Origin: Chrysomallon squamiferum
Lineage: Eukaryota; Animalia; Mollusca
Length of the DNA stretch: 64,000 nucleotides
Reading direction: 5' to 3'
Assembly (NCBI GenBank): GCA_012295275.1
Contig: CM022670.1
Span: 36,766,001-36,830,000 of the forward strand
Shown: positions 1 through 12,725 of the stretch, piece by piece
Position numbering within the stretch: position 1 is the stretch's first letter
How the letters are laid out: every line of letters begins with the position of its first letter
Position numbers and translations under genes: made by a program
Notes under the pieces: generated by a model
Told to the model about the DNA's origin: nothing
What the model saw: only the letters and a program-made list of their open reading frames with translations
Database searches by the model: none

Positions 1-355
1 TGGGTGATTACACGGGGAACTTATTATTAACTGCTGCCAACAAAATGGGAATGAACAAAAATATACAACAAAAAAAAAAAAAAGTCAAACACATCATTTA
101 TCTTTTCCACTTGCTGGATGCATTTCGTTATGTTCTGAGTGCTTATATATGTGTAAACATGCATTTATAAACTGCAAACATGCTGTTTTTAGTTTGCGTG
201 CTGCCAAGTTCATGCTTGCATGGTTATAGCTAATTTTTACAAATTAAAGTTGAAATGAATAATGGTAATTTTGGATACTTTCATCATTGCTTGATAATTT
301 TATATTAACATTTTCACTGATAGCTAACTTTACTTATTATTATTGTTATTATTAA

Positions 356-489
<134 letters not shown>

Positions 490-633
490 AATCTTTTTAT
501 TTATAATATTCTTAGAAATTAAATATATTTATTTTTATCCCATTTTCTTGTTTAAATATAATCTAATGTTAAAGATACCAAATGCATTAGACTTAAATTC
601 CAAGAGATAAATTATGAGTCTGATTAAAAATGT

Positions 634-638
634 TAGAG

Positions 639-716
<78 letters not shown>

Positions 717-768
717 CAGACAGACAGAGACAGACAGACAGACAGACACAGAGAGAGACAGACAGACA
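634..768. repeat. (AG)n/(AGAC)n microsatellite
   Basis: Directly visible. Confidence 0.95.
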
Positions 769-1345
769 AATAGTGTTGAAAATAGAAATAATGAGAGACA
801 CATCAACAATAATAATAAATGACAAAAACAAAACTGTACTTACAGTCATCAAGTCAGAGTAAAAACAGACATAACATCACAACAACACAGAGACTTTGTT
901 TTCAGCTGATAACACCATCTCTATATTCCATCCATCAATTCACTTCTCTTTTACCAGGTCATCCATGGATTGCTTATCTCTCCACAATAACAGGTGGAGA
1001 TAAGATCCTAGAGATGATCCACACAACACAAAGCACTTCCATGTTATTATTATTATTATTATTATTATTATAAAACTTCGATATTGTTAATCTACTGTTA
1101 ACTGCTTCCACTTTGCTTTACTTCTCATTTCGAGAGAGCCAGGCAGAAACTTCTTTGCCTATTTTTCCAATTACTTTATCAGTCACTAGCTCAAAAACCA
1201 ATACACTGGTCTTCTTTGTATTATATAAAAATCTTTACTGAATGGATATTGGCTCTCTGATAGTACATGAAAAACAGCACTCAGCTCCTGTGTTTGTTTT
1301 GTTTGGGAATCAAGTGCAGGTTCAAGTACATATTGACTGACCATG

Positions 1346-1730
1346 CAGTCTCTGGAGGTTTAGAGTTCTCTATGATAGAAATATTGTAAATAAAATTAAA
1401 AATATTAAGAAATGATACAGTCTGTGGAGGTTTAGAGTTCTCTAGATGATAGAAATCTTATAAATAAATAAAAATATTAAGAAATGATACAGTTTGTTGA
1501 GTTTAGAGTTCTCTAGATGATAGAAATCTTGCAAATAAATTAAAAATATTAAGAAATGATACAGTCTATTGAGGATAGAAATCTTTAAAAATATTAAGAA
1601 ATGATACAGTCTATTTATGATAGAAATCTTGCAAATAAATTAACAATATTAAGAAATGATATAAACTGTGGAGGTTTAGAGTTCTCTATATGATAGAAAA
1701 TTTGCTAATAAGTTAAAAGTGTTAAGAAAT
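1346..1730. repeat. Minisatellite, ~70-bp unit, ~6 copies some internally deleted
   Basis: Recurrent GGAGGTTTAGAGTTCTCTA..TGATAGAAAT..AAATATTAAGAAATGATACAGT. Confidence 0.9.
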
Positions 1731-4276
1731 AACTTTTCTACACCTCACTCGCAGAAAATTATTTGTGGAGAAGAGCCAAGAAAAGGAAATAAATCCAGTA
1801 GAAAAGTTTTAAACCAGAGATGTCAGCAGCTTCACCAAGGGAAAAAAAAAAAGAAAAAAAAGGAAAAAAAACCCATTTACAACCTGTAATATCATTACTT
1901 TAGTTTAATCACCACATAAATTTTAACTGATAATTCTAGACAAAATAGCATTAGCATAAAGAATTAATTTTCTTTTCTTTCATCAGTGAGCAGATTTAGG
2001 AGATAAACCAAGATAGTGAAATCACTCTCTTCAGTACCCACACTAATTTTAAAACAGTGTCATTAATAGTTTCACACCTTGTCTAGATAACTATGTATGT
2101 CATTACTATAGTGCCTCTCTCAACACAGCTATTCAAATAGGCTTAAAGGAACAGAATTTAGTTGCTTTTTTCTTTTTCTATTTTATAGGCTGTTGTTTTC
2201 TTTCTTTTTTTATTTGTAAGCTTTTTTTTCTCTCTCTTTTTTTTAAAAGCTATTTTAATTTTCATTATTTAAATTTGCTAATGACTTCTAGAAGATGTTA
2301 ATTATTTCATCGTTCAGATTTTTTTCTTAACGTTCGTTGTGGATATTTTGATTATTAAAGATGTCTCCAGAAGATAACCCAATGTAAAAACTAATTGCTA
2401 ATAGGAAATAACCCAGCTTGTAACACAGGAGTATCTCATTGTCCAATACTCTAGCTATCAGTCCTTGTTATCAAGTTAAAGTAATAAGGGAATGCGGGGT
2501 TTTTTTTTGTTGTTTTCATTGTTCATTTGTTTTAACATGGTTATGTATGATGAAAACCTTAGATAAATAGTAGATGGTGTAATCAGTGCAGTTCAGTAAA
2601 AAAAAATTATGTATTTTAGCATTGTTGTCTCCAGTAGTAACTGAAGGTTGGCTAGAAGATTTAAAATAACAAAGTATGGAACTAACCTGTTTAACAGTTC
2701 AATGTGGCCTAGAATATATGTTAATGTTTATGACAGGAAATTTGTCTTTTCAATTCATATGGCTAGATTCACTGTACAAAATGAAAGTATTAGGAAATGC
2801 CTAGAGCCAAGTGGTTTGAGTACAGGTTTTTGGGGTAATGATGTTATACATAACTATGTTAATGGTTAAAAAATATTTATTTATTCACATTTGAGTGGTA
2901 TATCAGTTTTAAGTATCATTTAGAAGTGTAAAAACCCACAGTAATCTAGTCCCCAAAAAATGAAATTTCAGTTTATGTTTATCTGCTAATTAACATACAG
3001 AGCAACAACATAAAACGTGATGAATCCAGATTCAATGAAGTACTGAGTTTACTCTGATTCGTAATAAATGAAATATAATAAAATTATTATATATAAATAC
3101 AAATGGTGATTCATTAAGAACATTACTGCTGTTTCTAAAAATCACTTCTAGACAGATGAAACATAATAACAGTAATAAAAATACCACATATTAAAACGAA
3201 TTCATTTTCAAACTGCACAACGTAATGGGCAAGCCAATTTTCTCCAGTCGATGAACTCAATCAGAATGCATGGATTTCCTATAGAGAAATACTGGTTGAC
3301 ACTTAGATAATCAGCTCTCTGCATTGAGTGAATGAGTGTGTTGAAATGTAAAGTGAGAATGAGAAACAAACGTTCCATTCTCCTCACTGCAATAAAACGA
3401 TGGGTTGATGCTAAATACGGAAAAGTAGGAAAGGTAATCAAGATACTAAACAAATAACAACCGTTTAATGTCGTTTTCTATTAAATCAGAGGCATTTTTA
3501 TCTTTCTAATTAATTTAAATTGTAAATTTAAAGTAACACATATTTCTGAACCATTAAAAATATTTTTAGACTGTTCCGATAAAGATTTATTTAAAATAGT
3601 GGGTGACACAGAATTATGTATAAAAATGTCAAATAAATGGAAACTGTACAAATAAAGTATTAGATAACTGAAAATTAAACACCTAAAGTGTCAGAAAAGT
3701 GAAAATTCTAGAAATAGTGTTAGATAACTCCCAAAAGCATATTAGATAACTAAAAACTCTTAACTAAAATTAAATAATAAAAAATGCATTCTAAATTTAG
3801 AATAACTGAAACTATGCCTTTATTAAAATACTAGATGATGTACAAGTCCATGTAAAATAATTATTAAAACAAAAACTTTTTAAATTATAAAAATCAAACT
3901 TAGGCTTTAAAAATTAGTAATTTCAGAATTAACTTTTTGACTTAGTGCAGAAAAGTAAAACATTTCCTCAAGAGACAAACTTTAGCAGTATTTTTGCTGC
4001 AGACTTTTTTGGTAAAGAATTTAATCTTTTAAATCTGATTAATTTGGTCCAAAGTGGTTTTACTAAAAAAAAATAAACTGTAACATAAACTATCTGGACT
4101 ACATCCAAACCACCTCTGTGGGGACTTGTCTAGAACCAGAAAAAAATGTTAGATTTTATAATCAGAATACCAAAATAGAAATTTTTGGTGAAAATGATTG
4201 AAAATGGACATCAGCATAATCTAAAATGTATATTTTCAGATTTAATTTCTGTAGTAGTAGTAGTAGTAACACCATC

Positions 4277-4315
<39 letters not shown>

Positions 4316-4684
4316 AATAATAATAATAATAATCAGCATGATTAAATAAATAGTTAAAAAAAAAAAAAAAAAATAAAAATATAAATAAATAACAATTAAA
4401 ATAATCATTATCATCATCATTATTTTCATAATAATTATTATCATCATCAATTATCATTATTATATCATTATTATTAACTATCACTATTACCATCATCTTT
4501 TATTTGTTTCATCACAATATTCATCATCTTCATCATCATCATCATTCATTCTATTATTATCGTCTTGTTCTTAATGGCTATATTAAACAGAAATCTAATC
4601 ACTACTTGCAAGTGCCAGATGCATTAAAACATGATTTTGCCAGGACTACTATTGATTGTGGACTCATAAACATTCAAAACCTGC

Positions 4685-6500
4685 TTGCAAGACATCAAAC
4701 TATGTAACTCAACACTTACTAAATACTGCTATCTCTATCACACTATACTTTTCTTGTAAGACATCAAAATATATAACTCAGTACTAACTAAATACTGGTA
4801 TCTCTATCACAATATACTGTTTAATATAGACTTTTCTTGTAAAACATCAAATTATGTAACTCAACACTTACTAAATACTGGTATCTCTATCACAGTATAC
4901 TGTTTAATACAGACTTTTCTTGTGAGACATGAAATTATGTAACTCAACACTTACTAAATACTGCTATCTCTATCACACTATACTGTTTAATACAGACTTT
5001 TCTTGTAAGGCATATAATTATGTAGCTCACCACTTACTAAATATTGGAATCTCTATCACAATATGCTGTTTAATACAGACTTCTGGTAAGGCATATAATT
5101 ATGTAGCTCACCACTTACTAAATACTGCTATCTCTATCACAATATACTGTTTAATACAGACTTTTCTTGTGAAACATCAAATTATGTAACTAAACACTTA
5201 CTAAATACTGGTATCTCTATCACAATATACTGTTTAATACAGACTTTTCTTGTGAAACATCAAATTATGTAACTAAACACTTACTAAATACTGCTATCTC
5301 TATCACAATATACTGTTTAACACAGACTTTTCTTGTAAGACAACTGATTATGATTATGTAGCTAAAAACAAACTAAACTGTACAAGACATCAATTATTCA
5401 GCTTATCAATTATTAATCAAGGTATCTGCATCACACTAATAGACAAATTACTAAATACACTCTGTTTTTCTAAGACATTAAACTGTATAACTCAGCACAT
5501 ATAAAACACCTCTTGTCTACTTTATGTCAAAGAACAAACTATGTAATTCAGAATCCATCAACTTTTAAAAGGCCTATTAGTAAGACATTAACACACTAAC
5601 CACTTAATACACACTCTATTATTTTTTTTAAGACATTAAACTGTATAACTCACAATGTATTGAACTGTATAACTCACAATGTATTGAACAGGTCTTGTCT
5701 ATTTTATAACAAAGTATAAACTAAGTAATTCAGTATGTACTAAATGTTTATGTAACAGGCCTGTTTATAAAACATTAGCACACAAACCACTTAATGTGTC
5801 ACCTTCATCTAAGATGTTAATAATTCATCACCATCTAATTTCTGGTATGTAAAACTATCTTCATCACATTAACATACACTGGCTTAACAAGGAATGTATT
5901 TTTCTAAGGCACTGGACTGTGTAATGCATCACTCACTAAACACTGGTATTTATGTTATATTAACACACAAGCAGTTTAATACAGTCTCGTAATTTTCTAA
6001 GATGTTAAGCTAAAGAATGTAGCTCATCATTTACTAAAATTTGGTATCTCTGTCACAGTAACTGCTTAATATGCAATGTATTTTTCTAAGATCTTGGACT
6101 GTTAACTGCATCACTTACTAAACACTGGTATTTATCTCATATTAACACTCACTTTGATGCAGATATTAAACAACAGTATACAACTCACCACTTACTAAAA
6201 TCTGGTATTTCAGCTACATTAACATACAAACTGCTCTGTACAGACTGTATGTTTCTAAGTCAATGGACTGTATAATACATCATTTACTAAACACTGTTAT
6301 TTATCTTGCATCAACACACAAACAGTTTTATACAGACTGTAATTTTACAAAGACATTAAACAACAGTATGTAACTCACCACTTTCTAAAATCTGGTATTT
6401 CAGTCACATTAACATACAAACTGCTCAGTACACACACTGTATGTTTCTAAGACATCAGAATATAACACAACTCAACACTTACTGAACACTGGTATTTTCA
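4685..6500. repeat. Satellite-like array, 83-bp core unit degenerating rightwards
   Basis: Unit AAACATCAAATTATGTAACTCAACACTTACTAAATACTGGTATCTCTATCACAATATACTGTTTAATACAGACTTTTCTTGT; near-identical copies at 5171 and 5254. Confidence 0.92.
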
Positions 6501-6621
6501 TCTCCAGACATTACAGAACAAACCAATGGCTTTGTTTATAAATACTTCTGTGTTTTTAATGACAACAAGAAAAACAATTCAGACACTCTTATTATAGTGT
6601 GGATATGAATAAAACAAACAC

Positions 6622-6740
6622 TTGGTGCTGTTATGGTTAAGATACTGGCTGTAAGAAAGGCAGAGGCTGGGATCAAATCCAAATACTAGCTTCTGTCTGG
6701 TTCAGTTTTAGTGACATTGCCAAATAAAAAAAAAAAAAAA
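6622..6740 (+). mobile_element. Possible tRNA-derived SINE head with A-tail
   Basis: A-box-like TGGTGCTGTTATGG, B-box-like GGGATCAAATCC ~45 nt later, followed by poly(A); no intact cloverleaf. Confidence 0.35.
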
Positions 6741-7834
6741 CTCAAGTGCATCATCTATTTTTGCTACAGATCAAATTTTCACTGTTTATAAACCTGTTCA
6801 ATTCCAAAGGAAAAGCAAATACTTTTTTATTTTTTTCATGATCATAATGATTTCATGTAAGATGATTATACAAAAAATCTAATTTTCCATTCAGAAATAA
6901 ATGTCATTTATTTCTTATGGTTGACAGATCCAGAAAATATTTGGTAAATGCAAAAATAATGGGATATTTATTTAAATTTCATCTGCATGTGTAAATAAGT
7001 TTGTAGCTGTTTGTAAATAAAAGATATTGATATTTTTTTGCTAGGGTAAACAAAAGTAAGAGTGTTGCACATTCTTTCCATGCCACAGACGAAACATTTG
7101 ATTACATTCAGAAATAGTAGGCGTTAACCATCAATAAAAGTTGCATTATTATTAAATTAATTATTAATATAATAATTATCTCAAGAACCTACCTTTTCAG
7201 AAGCATAAATTCAATCCTCTTCAATACATTTCAAACAACTTTCTTTTTTTTTTTTTTTCAATCAGTCATCATACTCATAACTCTTCTTGGTTTTCTGAAT
7301 TATGTAAACTTTTAAACACATTCCCATACAATTAACTATTTGAAATATATTTTAAAACACTCTCCAAACTTCAAAGAAAATCTTTGTCCTTATATTTTGG
7401 TAGATAAAAAAATATATATAAAAATCTCAATGAAACTTGTGTCTTGGTGAGGCATGAGTCTTTATATTAATACCAGCACACTGTAAAAATCTTTTTCCAA
7501 AACAAGAAGAAGAAGTGTCTATTGAGCTATTAGTTGGTGAAGTTGGTGCTATAGGAAGGTGTGATGTAAGACCTCTGATCAGAGGAAAATGTTAACATGG
7601 AAGAGATTGACGTCTGTTTGGTAAACAAGTGGGATATAAGAGTCAGTGTTGCCAGACTTATCACCACTAACACACTCACACATCTGCTAACAACTCAACA
7701 GAGATCAAGTCCTCTCGTGCACTGAATCCTTCACTTAATACACAACTCAAGTCTGGCTGGAGCTAATAGCGAAACGATTTCTTTAAAAAAAAAAAAAAAA
7801 AAAAATTTTTTTTTTTTTTTTTTTTAACTTAATG

Positions 7835-7892
7835 GTCAAGTTTGGCTGGAATTAAAGATTAATTATTTTAAAAATTGCAAACTGATTTTAAT

Positions 7893-7923
<31 letters not shown>

Positions 7924-8125
7924 ATTTTAGGAATAACAAACAAAGTTTTATTTATTTATTTTTGACTTCATGTACAAGTTTGGCTGGATTTTAATTTTTT
8001 TAAAATTTGATTTTAATTTTTATTTATTTAACTATTTATTTTATTTTATTTTATTTTATTTTAGGAATAACAAACAAAGTTTTATTTATTTATTTTTGAC
8101 TTCATGTACAAGTTGGGTTGGAATT
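7835..8125. repeat. Tandem duplication, ~133-bp period
   Basis: AGGAATAACAAACAAAGTTTTATTTATTTATTTTTGACTTCATGTACAAGTT at ~7929 and ~8063. Confidence 0.85.
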
Positions 8126-8669
8126 AAATTATTTCAACAACAGCAAAATGATATTTATTTATTTATTACTGGGTTCTTTTATTTATTTATTTATTTATTT
8201 CATTTATTTCTTAATTCTTATTATTTATTTTATTTTATTTTATTTTTTTTTTTTTTTTGCATCAGATTAAAATTCAAGCAAGATGATTACTTTAAAAAAA
8301 TATTTGTTTTTAATTTCTTTTCTGAGTGTGTTTATCCATCTTTCCTTTCTCTTTTTGACAGAGAATAATAAAAAAAATAAAAAAAAAAAAATAAATAAAA
8401 CCCCACCCAGTAATGTAAAAAGCTGTGATTTACAAGATAAAAAAAAAAAATAATAAAAAAGTGATTTAAAAGAAATTAAGTACAAAACAATAATATATTT
8501 TTTAAATTACTAACTATTTTTTATTAAATAAAAACTGTCTCAGTAGACTTGCCACATTTTAATATTAACCAGTTATTCACATTTTTATATTAACCAGTTA
8601 TTCAGTTTTATATTAACCAATTTTTCACATTTTTATATTCAAAGTTTTTTTTAGAAAAGAAAACTGCAC

Positions 8670-8805
8670 AAACTCCTCTACATAGCCTCTCTGTCAATCA
8701 GTATGAAGGGATCTTAAGCTTTTCAGAAAACACTTAAGCCTTTGATAAAGTAATCATGGGCATGGGTTGGAACAGGAAATAGGAATTAATATAGCCGCAA
8801 ATAGG
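8670..8805 (-). mobile_element. Decayed SINE-like fragment, same family
   Basis: AATCAGTATGAAGGGATCTT similar to GATTAGCAGCAAGCAATCTT at 18876; GCCTTTGATA..TTGGAACAGGAAATA. Confidence 0.4.
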
Positions 8806-9257
8806 TTTGTTTGACACACATAACATCTTGGTCAGTTAAAGCTTATACCCACAGATTTCTGTACCAGAAACAAACAAAACTACTGATCCACATTAACTAG
8901 ATAAATGTATCAGTTTCACACAAATTAGACTCCTGTAAAGATGAACAAAATGTTGTGGGAGCAGAAACAATTATCTGTATCCTTAAAGTCTTGTTTACTA
9001 TAAGGAGTGGTGTTTGCTAAACAATAACAGCATTACTGATAATTTACTCTCACTTAGAAAAGTTTACAAATTGTGAATTGCAACAAGAAACTGAAGATTT
9101 ACTGTAAAATAAAATTAAAATAACACACACAAACACATTTTAGTTTGATACTGACAGAAAACCTTTCATGATGAAACAGTTTAAAATGATTTCATTTCTA
9201 TCTAAATTGGTGTTTAAAAAGAAAGAAAGAACAAAATAATAAAAATGTTGATCTTAC

Positions 9258-9347
9258 GTTATACTTGAAGAGAAATCTTGGAAGTGAAAACATGTTTGCC
9301 AGTATGACCCAGGCAGGTTGCAGTGTTGGACAGAGTAGAGGAATCAT
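9258..9347 (-). CDS. Candidate alternative first coding exon (MIPLLCPTLQPAWVILANMFSLPRFLFKYN)
   Basis: 90-nt open frame from ATG ending in phase 0 at donor GTAAGA; no homology recognised. Confidence 0.3.
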
Positions 9348-9356
9348 GACACAGAC

Positions 9357-9790
9357 AGTCACCAGACAGTCATTTTAACACACACATGTAGACACAGCTT
9401 TTTCAGTATATATATATCACCAGACAGTCATTTTAACACACACATGTAGACACAGCTTTTTCAGTACACATATATCACCAGACAGTCATTTTAACTCATA
9501 CATGTAGATAACAATACACTGCCTTTTTCACTACACATAGGTAGGTATCATTTTAAAACACACATGTGGATAAAGGTGTACTGCTTTTTCAGTACACATA
9601 GATCAGCAGATTGTCATTTTAACATAAATATATAGATAATAACACTTTTCAATATACATAGGTAGATATCACCAGACTGCTTTTTCAATACATTTCAACA
9701 GATACAAGAAGATGACCATTAAATGCACACTGTCTACATATAAAAACAAAACTGTCACTACAGATCACAGGTAGATAAAACCAGCCTGTC
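9357..9790. repeat. Minisatellite, ~58-bp unit, degenerating
   Basis: CACCAGACAGTCATTTTAACACACACATGTAGACACAGCTTTTTCAGTA repeated at 9360, 9418, 9476 and onward. Confidence 0.9.
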
Positions 9791-10284
9791 AGTACAAGAT
9801 GTACAGTGAACACTGAACTGAACTTGAGTTCAGCTTGTGTTGGTATTTAACTTGAAGACAGTTACCCAGTAACATTAATTACATAAACACTGTTCACAGG
9901 ATCACATTTGACATTCTGAACAGACTGAGGACTCCACTGTTTTTTTTTTTTTTTTTCTGATGGACACAAATTGAATAAATAAGCTTATTACATGTTTTAT
10001 TTATTTATTTATTTATTTTAATTATATGTATTCTTTTATTTTGAGGGTCCAGGTTTGGGCATTTTGTATGACAATAAAATAACTTTGATAGAGATCAATA
10101 TTTTTCTTTTTGTTGTTTTATCATATTGAACAGAAAAACAATCTGAGATGGGCAAAACAACACATTTGTCTAACTCACTGTTATGTCCATCTAACTCACT
10201 AGCTGTACAATATTTTTATATATTTTTTTGTTTCATGTGTTCTGTGTGATATCAGTGTATCTCACTGACTCTATTTTCTATCCA

Positions 10285-10695
10285 ATCCACAGTGAAGTCC
10301 TTACTAAATTACATTTTCTTAACACACTTAAACAGTTTAACACTACTTGGAGACATTTCATAATTTATTGTTATGTTGTTATCTAGAATTTGAGGATATA
10401 TTTGGACTGAATGTGTGGGTGTTTGAAAGCATCAACATTTGTTACCACTGCAGCAACTACATCGTCTTGAAATTACGTAACAACATTTCACATCCACAGT
10501 GAAGTCATTATTAAATTACATTTTCTTAACACACGTAAAGATTTTAACAATACTCAGAGATATTTCATAATTTATTGTTATTTGGAATTTGAGGAAATAT
10601 CTGGACTTTAAGAAGTGAGTGTGTGGGTGTTTGAAAGCTTCAACATTTGTTACCACAGCCAACTACATCAGCATAGAGTTATGCAACAACATTTC
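10285..10695. repeat. Tandem duplication, ~207-bp unit x2
   Basis: ATCCACAGTGAAGTC..AAATTACATTTTCTTAACACAC..GTGTGGGTGTTTGAAAGC..CAACATTTGTTACCAC at 10285 and 10492. Confidence 0.9.
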
Positions 10696-10811
10696 TATGC
10701 TGTCATGAAGATTAAATACAAAAGAAGAAATGAATTTCAGAAAACAGTTAAACTGAAAACACTTTAGAAAATAATAAAACAAAAAATAAAAATGTGTACA
10801 TGTGTGTGTAA

Positions 10812-10884
<73 letters not shown>

Positions 10885-11636
10885 CATCATTCACTAAAAT
10901 AAAATTAATAAAAATAAAAATATTCATATTAAATATATTTCAGTGAACTATGTTAGTCAAATTTTTAGTGTGTGATTGTCTTGAAATTAGTCCAATTTAG
11001 TTGTGTTGTAACTCTGTGTAGTAAAATCATTACATTTCATGACAGCACTTACCTTGGTTATTTCTACACATATAGTGAAAATGACCTCTTTACACACTGT
11101 GTTATAGGTATACTGCAGCAACAGTTACTTGTTCCTGGATTTGCTATTGTGTTAGAACATCAATTTAAGTTTCTTTTTGTTAGATTTTTAACCTTGGCTC
11201 TTGTCAAATGAAAAATTAATATAGATTTTCAGTCACTCACTCAAATTACATATCAAATTCTTTCATACTAATAAAAAAAAAAAAAAAATGAACTGCATTA
11301 TTCCATGAAACAGTTACCTGCAATATATTATTTAGTGAAATTTAAAACCAAAAAAAAAACAACCCAGAAAAACCCTAAATGAACAAAAATCCTAAAATGA
11401 CATAAAATAAAGAAATAAACTTAAAACAAACAACAGTGAGTTGATTTTTCAAATCTGCTAGCTGTACACTAATTTATTTAACTTCATATTACATTTATTT
11501 AACTAGTTTCATACAACATGTATCTTACTGCTGTGCATTATTTTTATATAACTCATGGCTGAATAATAAACTTTTTAACTTACTGTATGTTATATTTATG
11601 TACATATTTGCATATTATATATTATATATCTAGCTG

Positions 11637-11686
<50 letters not shown>

Positions 11687-11699
11687 TTATATACATATA

Positions 11700-11813
11700 T
11701 GGTTTAGTGCAGTATCACTGACATTTCTGTACTATTCAGTTAGTGAATTATATATATATATATATCTAACTGAATAGTACAGCTATGTCACTCATTAATA
11801 CTGCACTACACCA
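11700..11813. repeat. Inverted repeat/foldback around (TA)n
   Basis: CTGTACTATTCAGTTAG 11727-11743 pairs with CTAACTGAATAGTACAG 11766-11782; outer TGACAT/ATGTCA and TAGTGCAGTAT/ATACTGCACTA. Confidence 0.9.
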
Positions 11814-12350
11814 GTCTAATTTGAAAATAAAAGCAACAAAATCACTGAAAAAACTTCCTTCTAACATATATAATGATCAGAATTGTTATCACCACCTTCA
11901 CGTATAAATAAACTGAGTCAACAGAACAAAGAGAAAATAAAAAGTATTTATCGACAGCACTGTCAATGAGATGAAAACAAAATCAATGAGATGCTAATGA
12001 ATATAGCCGATGAGTGAAAACGTAAAATCCAAACATCACGTACAAACATTGTGAAGACAAAAGTCTTTCTGAAATGTGTTTGTGTTTACTGGTTCTAAAT
12101 CTCTCTGTGTGTGTGTAATTACTTTCCAGTTTTCAGCCGTCCATTTTAATAGAATGAAAGTAAATAATAATTAAAAACTGCTTTTTAGTTAAAATAAAGT
12201 TCAGTAACAGTGGAGATTAATGAGGTCTTTCTTGTTGTAGGACTACTAAGAAAAAAATGTTTTCTGGTAAATATCTTTTGTGTGTGGGGATGTAAGTATG
12301 TGTGTGTTTGTAGATCTATGTGTGTATACTTGCTAATGCATGTCACTAAT

Positions 12351-12387
<37 letters not shown>

Positions 12388-12532
12388 ATATATACAAAAA
12401 TATGTATTTTAAAAATATATAAAAATGGCATTTCAAATCATGTAAAAATTGTAGACTTTTAGTAATTAAATTTAGAGTTTTACTTCAATCAATATTAGAC
12501 ATATTTATTAGATCTTTAAGGCATGACTTTCT

Positions 12533-12630
12533 CATTCAGTCAGTATTCCAAAATGGGTATCATGTGCCTTTCTGTTTATGGGTAGGCATATAGAAAATAT
12601 TTTTTATTGTTAATCAGTAAGGTGGCAATG
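12533..12630 (+). mobile_element. Decayed SINE-like fragment, opposite orientation
   Basis: CAGTCAGTATTCCAAAATGGGTAT..TGTGCCTTTCTGTTTATGGGTAGGCATATAGAAAATAT..TTGTTAATC is reverse-similar to the 8670 and 18872 fragments. Confidence 0.35.
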
Positions 12631-12683
12631 AAAAATTTTTTTTTCAAACCATGGCAATATATGTGTGTGTTTGTGTGTGTTTC

Positions 12684-12725
<42 letters not shown>

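Noticed and set aside
958-993. Plus-strand exon-like segment encoding GHPWIAYLSTITG (kinase-like HPWI)
   Set aside because: No other kinase exons nearby and a weak donor; likely chance.
4929-5189. 86-aa ORF with an internal repeat, and CRISPR-like periodicity of the array
   Set aside because: It is a translation of the 83-bp satellite; units repeat in full with no unique spacers, and the DNA is eukaryotic.
6622-6700. Possible tRNA gene
   Set aside because: Degenerate A/B boxes with no cloverleaf; treated as a SINE remnant.
7190-7240. Minus-strand donor AAG|GTAGGT as another first exon
   Set aside because: The phase-0 frame has an upstream stop and no ATG; inconsistent with the other candidates.
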